Assembly: GCA_965603285.1 (NCBI GenBank)
Contig: CBFDCK010000002.1
Coordinates: 410 to 64,409 of the forward strand
Direction: 5' to 3'
Source: an uncultured bacterium
Lineage (GTDB): Bacteria; Chloroflexota; Anaerolineae; Anaerolineales; UBA4823
Length of the DNA stretch: 64,000 nucleotides
A model generated the notes under the pieces. It did no database searches. It saw only the letters and a program-made list of their open reading frames with translations, and was not told the DNA's origin. Made by a program: the position numbers and the translations under genes. The first letter of the stretch is position 1. Every line of letters starts with the position of its first letter. Below, one piece after another: positions 48,922-58,600 of this stretch.

Positions 48922-50190
48922 TTACAGTTTATGAAGATTTTGTGCAGCGATGAAAGACAAACCGTTTTCTGTTAATGCCCAAGCAGTCTTGTTTGTTGCC
49001 TCAAATTTATCCATAAAGTTCAATCTGAGATATTCCCAATCTCCCGAGTCGATAATTTCCTGTTTCTCCCGGAAGTAATCAAGGATATCAGAGGGATGTT
49101 GTCGTTTCTCATCTATCTCTGGATCAGCGCCTTCGTGTTTGGCAGAGATATTTGCCACGTGACCGGCAATTTCTACTAATTCGTCTCGGCGGTTATATGG
49201 TTGGCGAACGATAGACTTATAAGTTTCAACAATGTGGTGTTCAAAACGGACCACATCCTCAAAGCCCAGCGATTTTCTAAATTGGGCAGTGATCTCCATC
49301 GTCTCGTTGTTGATGGAATTGCTCCAGTTAAACCCGATCAATGGAGAAGTGCCATCATCGCGAGCAAACAACTTCGCACCTATCAGCGTCCATAACCCGG
49401 CATATGGATTATCGTTTCCCATATATACAGATATTTTAAATTCGATATCAATACCCAGGCGGTAAAGTAAATAACCTATAAACACAGTTCCTGGATTTAC
49501 ATTTAGTACCTGTCGTGTTCCGTAATTGGTGTAGTAATACAGGAATTCATCAAGCCATTTAAGCGCATATTCGTTAGGTTGACCTACACCCCCAAAATAT
49601 CCCGTGATTGTTTCAGGTCCACCCAAGTGTATATTCGAACCATCCGTGCCCTTTGTATCAAGTGTTTCAACAAATGAAGCGCCAATGATCTGCATAGCTG
49701 CTGCAACCGCTGGTAAATCTCCATCGGTCTCTTGTTCCTTCATTCTGCGTACCCTGATATACCGTCCCGGCATTATTTTTCCCTCAGCAATTGCTCGTTG
49801 CGCAATATCTATTAAATAGGGGAAGTATTGATATGCACTGATTTCAAGGGTGACCGCAAAATCATCTGCGAATTTTGTGGAGTCCGCTCGTTCATCCAAT
49901 ACTTTGCGGCGATATTCAGGTACGCTGATAAAAGCGTCATTATCACGCTGTTCCTCAAGCCAATATAAATCGTCCAGATAATCAGGTTTAATTTTTTCTA
50001 CTTTATTTAACAAATTAGGTAATTGGCGCGCCTGTTCAGCTTGCTGATTGATTTCCTCGGGTGTACCGTATTTCGCTACTACTTCGAGAAATTCGGAAAT
50101 CACTCTCATGTCCGGATCAAGCAGAACATTATTGATTTCGTCTAATCTTTCATACGGTATTCTTAACAACTGTTGTAAATTTTCACCCAT
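48922..50190 (-). CDS. Conserved-looking hypothetical protein (422 aa), no family recognised
   Basis: Long ORF with even composition, 16 nt upstream of the dehydrogenase gene on the same strand. GGAGG lies upstream of the ATG. Confidence 0.6.
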   Translation of the reverse strand: MGENLQQLLRIPYERLDEINNVLLDPDMRVISEFLEVVAKYGTPEEINQQAEQARQLPNLLNKVEKIKPDYLDDLYWLEEQRDNDAFISVPEYRRKVLDERADSTKFADDFAVTLEISAYQYFPYLIDIAQRAIAEGKIMPGRYIRVRRMKEQETDGDLPAVAAAMQIIGASFVETLDTKGTDGSNIHLGGPETITGYFGGVGQPNEYALKWLDEFLYYYTNYGTRQVLNVNPGTVFIGYLLYRLGIDIEFKISVYMGNDNPYAGLWTLIGAKLFARDDGTSPLIGFNWSNSINNETMEITAQFRKSLGFEDVVRFEHHIVETYKSIVRQPYNRRDELVEIAGHVANISAKHEGADPEIDEKRQHPSDILDYFREKQEIIDSGDWEYLRLNFMDKFEATNKTAWALTENGLSFIAAQNLHKL

Positions 50191-50283
50191 TAGAAAACCT
50201 CCAAATTTATAGTAATTATTACCGTTACTGCATTATTACATCAAGAGATATATTGGATCTTAGAGTGTCTAAGTCAAAAGTAG

Positions 50284-51138
50284 CTAATCCAATATTTCAA
50301 GCAGCTCTTCATACTCTTCATCCTTTATCTGAAAATAATTTTCGGGTTGTGGGAATGTTCTATCACCCACTTCATTCACATACTGCGTGAGCCCTTTGAG
50401 GATTACCTCTCCCGCATTACCGAAAACTTTTGCCATGCGAGGCTTGAACTTTGGATAAAGACCAAACATGTCGTGATAAATCAAGAGTTGTCCATGTGCA
50501 TCAGGTCCTGAACCAAGGCTCATAATCATACAATTCTCCGCAAGTTCGGTGATTATTTTACATACCCGGTCTGGTACCATTTCCAAAAGGATGCCAATTG
50601 CCCCAGCGTTTTCAAGCGCTTTTGCATCATCAATAATTTTTTTTGCTTGCAACGCACCTTTTCCCTGCACTCGGAAACCGCCGAGAGCACTTACACTTTG
50701 CGGGGTTAGTCCTAGATGACCGAACGCTGGAATTCCAGCATCTACGATTCCTCGAATTCGGTCTCCCATTTCGACGCCTCCCTCTAACTTAATTGCGTCA
50801 CACCCAGCCTCGCTCATAAACCGACCGGCATTTCGAATAGCGGATTCGACACTCGGTTGATAGCTCATATATGGCATGTCACCAATGAGAAAAACATTCG
50901 GTGCTCCTCGTCGAACTGCCTGAGTGTGTCGAATCATGTCGTCCATCGTAACTGGTAAAGTGGAGTCATACCCCAACATAGTCATCCCCAGGCTGTCGCC
51001 AACGAGGATCATATCTACCCCAGCTTCATCTTGTAAGTAAGCAGTCGGGTAATCGTAGCAAGTAAGCCATGATATTGGCTCATTATTTTTCATTTTCTTG
51101 AACAGCTTCAGCAGAGTCACTTTTTTGCGTTCCGTCAT
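50284..51138 (-). CDS. panB: 3-methyl-2-oxobutanoate hydroxymethyltransferase
   Basis: 284 aa. LTCYDYPTA, VGDSLGM and GCDAIKLEGG motifs. Confidence 0.9.
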   Translation of the reverse strand: MTERKKVTLLKLFKKMKNNEPISWLTCYDYPTAYLQDEAGVDMILVGDSLGMTMLGYDSTLPVTMDDMIRHTQAVRRGAPNVFLIGDMPYMSYQPSVESAIRNAGRFMSEAGCDAIKLEGGVEMGDRIRGIVDAGIPAFGHLGLTPQSVSALGGFRVQGKGALQAKKIIDDAKALENAGAIGILLEMVPDRVCKIITELAENCMIMSLGSGPDAHGQLLIYHDMFGLYPKFKPRMAKVFGNAGEVILKGLTQYVNEVGDRTFPQPENYFQIKDEEYEELLEILD

Positions 51139-51244
51139 TGTCCACCTCTGTATAGAAATTTAGTATATAAATATTTTATGTTAGAAAGGGCATAAAAGCA
51201 ACTACTCAGCAGATATTGTTTGGTAAGAAAATATACTTCACCTT

Positions 51245-51293
51245 AAAAATTTATGCGACGCTCGAGTGAAATCGCTCTCATGTTCGCGTCGCA
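51245..51293 (-). terminator. Intrinsic terminator after acsE
   Basis: 8-bp perfect stem tgcgacgc/gcgtcgca around a structured loop, followed on the minus strand by attttt. Confidence 0.5.
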
Positions 51294-51342
51294 CAAAATT
51301 CTTACAGGCATTCTTTGGCCATGTTAATTTTCTGTTTCTGAT

Positions 51343-52266
51343 TTACTGTTCGAGATAACTATCCGCATAAATCACTTTATTCAATAACACCTGAACTGTT
51401 TTCCATATCGCAACCTGCTCCGGATCATTCATATCAAAATCGTCAAATGCAGGTTCTTCCATTGCAGCGATACGGTCGACAATCGTTATATATGCCTTTC
51501 CTACAGGAGTACTGTCATCACGTACCTCAATAATACGAATGGTCTCCCTCAACTGCTCATCGAAAGGATTTGCAATCATTGTCTGTAATCCAACACCCAT
51601 TAACATAGCACAGTAAACCCTGTCAATGAGTGGTCGATTCTGGTCGGGCACAGAATTCGAAACATTTGAAAGACCTACCGAAATTGCCGGTGGTGGATCC
51701 CACGCAAATTGCAGAGTCCGGACTGCTTCAAGAAGCTCAGGTGCGTACTCCTGGCAGCCCGAAACTGTCAAAACTAGAGGATCAATTATCAAGTCCTCAA
51801 TTGGAAAATCGATTTCTAACATCCTTGGTATCAATTTCTCAAGCGCAATGGTCACCCGCTCATCTGCGCTAACAGGAATTCCGCTCTTTCCCATAGTAAG
51901 AGCAATCAGTTTTGTATTGTATTCCTTTGCCAGAAGAGGTACTTTTTCAAGCCTCTCCGCTTCAGCAGATGTCGAATTTATGATTGGTTGCGCCTTGGTG
52001 ACTTTCTTAAGTCCAGCTTCAATCCCCATTAAATTGGTGCTATCAAAACTCAAGGGAACATCCACAACGGTTTCAACAGACTCGACCATCCAAGGAAAGA
52101 CCTCCTCCCAATCTTTCTTACGAGGCCCAAGATTAAGATCTATAGCTTGAGCCCCTGCCTCAACCTGCTTTAGAGCCAGTTCCATGAAGAATTCTCGATC
52201 TCTTAACTTTAGTGCTTCCTTTACTTTTTCTGAAATGATGTGAATATTTTCGCCTAAAATATACAT
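51343..52266 (-). CDS. acsE: Methyltetrahydrofolate:corrinoid/iron-sulfur protein methyltransferase
   Basis: 307 aa pterin-binding (DHPS-like) TIM barrel. MYILGENIH, AQAIDLNLGP. Located inside the acs cluster. Confidence 0.85.
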   Translation of the reverse strand: MYILGENIHIISEKVKEALKLRDREFFMELALKQVEAGAQAIDLNLGPRKKDWEEVFPWMVESVETVVDVPLSFDSTNLMGIEAGLKKVTKAQPIINSTSAEAERLEKVPLLAKEYNTKLIALTMGKSGIPVSADERVTIALEKLIPRMLEIDFPIEDLIIDPLVLTVSGCQEYAPELLEAVRTLQFAWDPPPAISVGLSNVSNSVPDQNRPLIDRVYCAMLMGVGLQTMIANPFDEQLRETIRIIEVRDDSTPVGKAYITIVDRIAAMEEPAFDDFDMNDPEQVAIWKTVQVLLNKVIYADSYLEQ

Positions 52267-52280
52267 GGGTGACCATCCTT

Positions 52281-54230
52281 TTAATTGTTATTATCTGATC
52301 TGATTTCAACTAATGCTTCTTTAACCGATGGGAAAAGTGACATATCAGTATGTGGAAGAAATAATGCCGACATAAAGGCCTCGTAAAACGTGTTATCAGC
52401 CGATAACTCAATATATGTCATGCGTGATGCTATGTCTTTAATTCGGTTCAAGGCCTTCCGATCTAATAATGCGTAGTATGCGCCTTTCACAGACGTGTTC
52501 CCGAGAAATTCAAAGCGATCCCACGGCATATCCGGCAACAGCCCGATTTCAATCGCTTTCTCCACATTTATGTACTTCCCGAACGACCCTCCTATCAACA
52601 TTTGCTCAGTCTCTTCTAATGGCACTCCTACACTTTCCGATAAAACACGATAACCGGCATAAATAGCGCCCTTTGCGCGTAATAGATTGTCAATATCTAC
52701 CACAGTAATAACTATATCCTGCCCACTTTCTGTCTCTTCACCCCAAGCCACCACATACTCCAAACCATGTGCGCCGTCTCGAACACGTGCAATATTGAGT
52801 GAAGTTTTGATATTTCCTGCTTTATCAACCACGCCAGTCATAAACATCTCGGCTAATAACGAAATTAACCCACTTCCACATATGCCGATTGGTTTTGAAC
52901 CTCCTATTACTCGATAAGTTGGCTCAAAATTTTCACCACTAATCCACACTTCCTCTATGGCACCTTTTGTCGCTCGCATTCCGTCTACCACGCCTGCCCC
53001 TTCAAACGCAGGACCTGCAGAGCAGGCACACGTAACCAGCCAATCATGCGAACCGAGTACGATTTCCCCATTTGTCCCGACATCCATGAATAAAGTGGTT
53101 TTTGACGTATCATCCATGCCAGACGAATACACACCAGCCGTTATATCTGCACCCACATAACTTGCTATTCCAGGGAGGCAAATCACGGGCGCCTCTGGAT
53201 CGATATCAATCCCAACTTCCTTGGCTGTAAGTGCCGGTATATCATTCACCGTAGTCACAAATGGAGATAGGCGAATGCTTGATGCAGGTATACCTAATAA
53301 CAAGTGCATCATTGTGCTGTTGCCCGAAATCGTCGCCTTAACGATTTCTAGATTATTTATTTCACTTCCTCTTTTACGTTTACAGGCCTTAGTCAATAAC
53401 TTGTGGATTGAATTTAATACTAAAGAGCGCATTTCTTCGGCACCGTTTTTATTGCTGGCATAAACAATGCGAGAAATGATATCTTCACCTCGCGATATTT
53501 GTTCGTTATACTCAGAGATTTGAACCCTTGCCTTCCCGGAGACGAGATCAACAAGCCACAGTGTCACAGTAGTTGTTCCAATGTCGATTGCTATTCCCCA
53601 TATTGGATCATCTGGCGGTACTTTTCCAGGGATTATATCGATCATTCGCGCCTGGTTGAAACTTTCTCCCTCATCTTGGTTATCTAATAATACAGTTGTC
53701 TCCCAATCACCTTCACGCAAAATTGGGCCAACCCTGCGCAGCATTGCTAAAGGGATGTGGATATTTTCGTATCCAAATTGATTTCGTAAGACGGTTTTTA
53801 AGCGGCTAGCATCATCAATTTGATCATCCATGCTGGGAGGTGTAAGTTTAAGTGTTATCCGTTGAATGGATTGGTCGCGTCTGTAATCATAGTCGTCTGG
53901 AACCTGGATTTCAGCGACTGTCCGGTCTGTAGTAAGGCGCCTCTCAATTTTCTCTTGCGGAGGTACAACGACATTTATATCGCCTTCAACAACCGTCTGG
54001 CATGCCAAGGCGAAACCATTATCCACGTCCTCTTGGGATAGACGTACCACGCTGCGACGGCGTACAGAACCGGATGTCACCTGAACTGCACACCGTCCAC
54101 AACGTCCCTGCCCTCCACAGGGTTGAAAGATATCGATTCCAGCCAAACGTGCTGCTTCGATAAGCAAACTTCCGGTTGGAACACTTACAGGTTCTGGAGC
54201 GGTATCAAATACAACTATATGTTCAGCCAT
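52281..54230 (-). CDS. Corrinoid activation/regeneration protein (RACo-type: 2Fe-2S ferredoxin plus ASKHA ATPase)
   Basis: 649 aa. N-terminal plant-type ferredoxin motif CGGQGRCGRCAV. C-terminal ASKHA-like phosphate motifs (IAIDIGTTT, MDVGTNGE). Confidence 0.85.
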   Translation of the reverse strand: MAEHIVVFDTAPEPVSVPTGSLLIEAARLAGIDIFQPCGGQGRCGRCAVQVTSGSVRRRSVVRLSQEDVDNGFALACQTVVEGDINVVVPPQEKIERRLTTDRTVAEIQVPDDYDYRRDQSIQRITLKLTPPSMDDQIDDASRLKTVLRNQFGYENIHIPLAMLRRVGPILREGDWETTVLLDNQDEGESFNQARMIDIIPGKVPPDDPIWGIAIDIGTTTVTLWLVDLVSGKARVQISEYNEQISRGEDIISRIVYASNKNGAEEMRSLVLNSIHKLLTKACKRKRGSEINNLEIVKATISGNSTMMHLLLGIPASSIRLSPFVTTVNDIPALTAKEVGIDIDPEAPVICLPGIASYVGADITAGVYSSGMDDTSKTTLFMDVGTNGEIVLGSHDWLVTCACSAGPAFEGAGVVDGMRATKGAIEEVWISGENFEPTYRVIGGSKPIGICGSGLISLLAEMFMTGVVDKAGNIKTSLNIARVRDGAHGLEYVVAWGEETESGQDIVITVVDIDNLLRAKGAIYAGYRVLSESVGVPLEETEQMLIGGSFGKYINVEKAIEIGLLPDMPWDRFEFLGNTSVKGAYYALLDRKALNRIKDIASRMTYIELSADNTFYEAFMSALFLPHTDMSLFPSVKEALVEIRSDNNN

Positions 54231-54267
54231 ATATATAAATTTTGGCTTAGCTTTTCTCCCCTATTCT

Positions 54268-55599
54268 CTATAAAGCCTGTTCCATAAATTTTGGTATATC
54301 GATTGCTTCCCGAGGACCTACCCGTATCTCCCATTCAGGTAATTCTTCCTCCAATTCACCCGAGAGCACGGCAGTATGACCCGGGATGACGATACGCTTA
54401 TTGCTTATCTTATCCGGAACATTAAATTCTTTTACCGATTTGGCGATGCGTTCGGCATCAAATTTTCCTGCTGCCCATGCTGTGAGAACACTCATCCCTT
54501 CCGCGTCGGTAACCATTAACCATGCCGGCTTGCCCGAACTTTCTACTTCGTTCGCTACACTGAAGTAAGTAATACTGAAGTTCGTGGTAACTAACAAGGG
54601 ATCTTCAGGCTTGGGATCATTGATCTCGTACACCCCTGGTTTTACCTGGATGGGTTTTTGTGGGTCAGTAAAGATATTCTCTCGTAAGACTAATAGTGGA
54701 TAAGCTGTTTCAGGGCTGAAGTGATCGAGCACAATGAAACCGCTGTATTTACCAATAGCTTGCGCCGCCAGCATGACCTCGCGTGTCTGATTGCCCACAT
54801 CGCCCGGGAAACTTATGATCGGGAATCCAAATGGGCGGAATGTCTTCTTAAGTGCCATACGCCGCATTATTGTGTTAGCATTTAATGTACCATGAAAACC
54901 GCGCTGGGTCGGTGAAAGAACCAAATCTTTCACACCTGCGTTCTGAAGCTTTTCGGTCAAGTCTACCATTTCATCAATCGAATCAGCTTTCACACTTAAC
55001 GGGAAATCATTCTCTTTTGCGAATTCAGCCATGGATTCCCAGTTTTCCATCGTTGCATTGCATACCAAAGGTTTTTCATTTTCAACCAATTCGGATATGC
55101 TCGACTTTATGGAATCCAGATCGCCAATTAAGATCAATGGTTTGTGGCTTACTTCGCGTACGGCAGCCACTGCTGCTTTAAAATCTCCACCATCTGCTTG
55201 AACAGCAAATCCACTAATTGATAGTTCGATGCCCACATATTCAACCTTGTAGCTATCAGCCGGTGATACTTTTGCCTTGATATCCTCGGGAGTTTGGCTG
55301 TCATAAACACGTATAAACAGACCAGGTCTACTGTAAAAGGTTTTCTCGTGTCTAAAGAGAACCACCTCATTTCCTGCCTTTATTTCATAGCCGTTTGAAT
55401 TAATTGAGATTGGGCGCACAGGTGGCGCGGCAGCTTCCGACAACTGTTCCTTAGCCTCTTCGCTGACATGAGGACACAGGGAGAGCTCTACTTGTTTTGC
55501 CGCCAATTTCATTGCGAATGCCAGGCAAGTGGGAAAATCACAATCCTTACAATTCGTTTGGGGTAGTAGTTTGTAAATCTGAATGCCAGATAGTGCCAT
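54268..55599 (-). CDS. acsC: Corrinoid iron-sulfur protein large subunit
   Basis: 443 aa. N-terminal 4Fe-4S motif LPQTNCKDCDFPTCLAFAMKLA, typical of AcsC/CdhE. Confidence 0.9.
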   Translation of the reverse strand: MALSGIQIYKLLPQTNCKDCDFPTCLAFAMKLAAKQVELSLCPHVSEEAKEQLSEAAAPPVRPISINSNGYEIKAGNEVVLFRHEKTFYSRPGLFIRVYDSQTPEDIKAKVSPADSYKVEYVGIELSISGFAVQADGGDFKAAVAAVREVSHKPLILIGDLDSIKSSISELVENEKPLVCNATMENWESMAEFAKENDFPLSVKADSIDEMVDLTEKLQNAGVKDLVLSPTQRGFHGTLNANTIMRRMALKKTFRPFGFPIISFPGDVGNQTREVMLAAQAIGKYSGFIVLDHFSPETAYPLLVLRENIFTDPQKPIQVKPGVYEINDPKPEDPLLVTTNFSITYFSVANEVESSGKPAWLMVTDAEGMSVLTAWAAGKFDAERIAKSVKEFNVPDKISNKRIVIPGHTAVLSGELEEELPEWEIRVGPREAIDIPKFMEQAL

Positions 55600-55685
55600 T
55601 GTAAGTTCTCCAATACGTGTCGTGCATTATTTAGATTATTAATTGTTTAATGCGCAACCCGAATTTATCTACAAATCTTCATAAC

Positions 55686-58600
55686 CTATTTATTTTCTTT
55701 AGTTAAATCATCAATTGCTTCTTTAGTTCTCCTTAAGCTCTCCGGATGCCGAAGCACGACGATGTTCGCGCCAGATTCAATCAACATAACAGAGGTGAGT
55801 GTCTCCCATGTGATCGCTCTTTCGAGCCATTCTCCCCATTCCTCTGGAACACCCTGTCCAACCTTCGATTCTTTTGCTTTCCAGCATTCTTGACCAGGGG
55901 TTAATAGCATCGGCATTTGAGTCATGCTGTCCCCTTGGAGAGCAGCCAATCTCAAGCGCTCCATTACCGAATAGCCATATTCAAACCCATAGCCGAGTGC
56001 ACCGGTGGTCGGATCCATCACAATTTGATCCAGCGGTAAACCCATGTCGCTAATCAGGATATTAAGCTGTTTGGCTAAATTAACGTCCATTGCTGTACGA
56101 GCATCAACGAGATGACCATTTGCCATCGCAGCAGCAACAATTGTACGATAGTTTTTATCTTCACACACACCCAACAGCAAACGTTCACCGCTGAATGCAT
56201 CCGCAATCGGAACGAGAAACTCATTATCAACATCTGCTTGACCCGGACCAAATACAATCAATGGGAGACCGCTAGATTCAAGGACAGACCCGACTGTGTT
56301 TACCGCGTTATCGGCTGTACTTGGATTGCCATCCCTGTCTGTCACTGAGAGGTCCAACATGAGTAATTCTGCACCTGCCTCTTCGGCAGCTTTTGCCCAT
56401 TGGGCGGGCTCATCTACCACTGAACCCCATTCGTCTAGTAGGAGTTGGGACCAATCCTCTGGACGGCGGTCATTGATCTCGATTGCAAGAACAGGTTTGT
56501 TTGGCATTTCACCTTCAAAATCCATGAAAGGCATTGCCGTTTCACCACCCACAACTACTTTCCTCGTCCGGGTACCACCCTCTTCCTTTGTAGCTCCAAG
56601 AGTTACTTCCCTAACCTGACCGTGCCACTGCTCTTTCAAGATTTCCGTCTTCGTGTCCTGTTTGAGCCAGGGTTTATCGGGGGGAAGTTCAAGTACTTTT
56701 TTTTCAGTCTTCCCCGTAACGGATGGTGGAGGAGCCTCCGGCGCGGCTGAAGGTGGTGCCATGGGAGCAGTTGGCGCACCTGGAATTTGCAGAGTTAATG
56801 TATCAATACCACCCAGCTCTGCCAGGGCGGCTATCAATGCCCTTCGCAGCATTTCAACTGCTCTCTCTGCCTTGTCGACCGGTTCAGCGCTCACTTCTAC
56901 CACAGGTGGTACAGCAGCCGTAGCAACCACTACTTCAGGCTCTGGTGCTGCCTCAACTATTTCTGGTGTAGTGGTCTCCTCAACGACTTCGTGTTCTTCT
57001 TCGGTAGGATCTTCAGCTTTCTCAATTGCAGCTTCCACCACGGCTTCAGCCTGTGCGATCGTCACTTCAGCAGGTTCTGGCTCTCTGTCAGATTTTGCTT
57101 GCATCGGCTCCATCTTCAGAACTGGGTGATCTTTCTCATTAACCCAATCAATTAATTCTTCTACAGTTGTGACAGTATTTCCATCGGCAATACGTTCGAT
57201 CAAATCGGGAACACCTTCCCTGACTGCGCTGGCTTGAAATTCAGCAGCCATGGTCTCTTTTAGTACACTGCTCATCCAAACAACACGCTTGAAGCCCCCA
57301 TCTGCGGAGATGAACTTGGGGCTGATCAAATAAAACTTGCCAACACCCATAACCCCAGGCGTTTGCAAACCACCACCGGCGATACCAGCCAAAGTGCTGA
57401 AAGTCATCCCAGCTGGTGTCATACCTATGTCTTCTCGACTGACTATCATCACCCCGTTTAATTCCGGAATTACCATAACGATGCACTCGAAGCAACCACA
57501 AGCAGTCATCGGATTTTCCATGATTGAGTACATGGAAACTTCTTTAACTACTCCATGAGAACCAACTTTGGCATAGTCATTTGTCCCTTCCCAGTAACCC
57601 ATTTCCACGTCTATGGGCTTCCCCAGTTTAATTGGCTGATTGGGTCCGGTTGGATTAATGCTGAAGGACGCTTTACAGTCCAACCAATTGTATGCCCCAC
57701 ATAAACCTAATCGCTCTGGGCTTACCACACATACATGGTCCGGTGCGAAGGACTGGCACAAAGTGCAGGAATAGAATTCATCCACTTTATTGTCGGTTAA
57801 ATCAGATAAACGACGGTTGCGGAAGTCGTACGATTCCCGAGCTTTCGCCAACCACTCCTGGATTTTTTCGGGGTCGGTAAATATCGTTACCTGTACTTTG
57901 TCCACGATAGCACCAAAGTCGTTCTTGAATCGAGCGTGCAAAATCTTGCCAAAATGCTCAAGGTTAAAACCTTTCTCAGCCGCCCCATTCGATATTCTTA
58001 TCCAGGCGATGTCACGTTGACCAATGTGCTGTATTCCAGATGCGCCATTTATAAAGTAATGCACTTGGCGTTCGAGCACCGGTTCGAAATCATCTTGCAT
58101 CTGTCTTCCAGCTACTTTGACGATAATCCCCATATCGATGCTGCCCTTAGGTTCAACATCCTCGAATCCCGGACCGATGACTTCAACTTTGCCATCCACA
58201 ACTTCATCTAATGGAGCCATATACAGGTACTCAACACAGCGCGAGTATTTTCCACCAAACTCAATGCGCATATCATTTTTCCGGACTACCTCTCCCTCAA
58301 AAGCAGAGCCATAGGGAACCGGAACTGGAACTTCCGCCAATTTGATCTTTACACCCCGGATTTCAATGCACTTTTGCACCAATCGCTCCGCTCTCTCCAG
58401 ATCGTCTTTGCCTTCAATTTCTTCAAAAGGCATCGAGACAACATGTTCGTACGTGGTGACTCCAGTAGGCAGGATCTCAGGGATGACCGTGTCGGCGATG
58501 ACAGGAAAACCGTAATTGATCGCGCCTGCCGCAGCCGCGTATTTCAGATCATCCACTTCGCCCAACGCTAAAACAAAAGCAAAAACGCGTTCCTTGTTGT

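Noticed and set aside
51626-52150. 174-aa plus-strand ORF opposite acsE, and similar long antisense ORFs opposite rel (11506-11994) and the RACo-like gene (62672-63154)
   Set aside because: All lie antisense to confidently assigned genes and have a biased, Ser/Arg/Pro-rich composition typical of shadow frames.
56653-57129. 158-aa Ala/Ser/Thr/Gly-rich plus-strand ORF
   Set aside because: It is antisense to the Pro/Ala/Glu/Val-rich linker of the AcsB-AcsD fusion. It is a low-complexity mirror with no start context.
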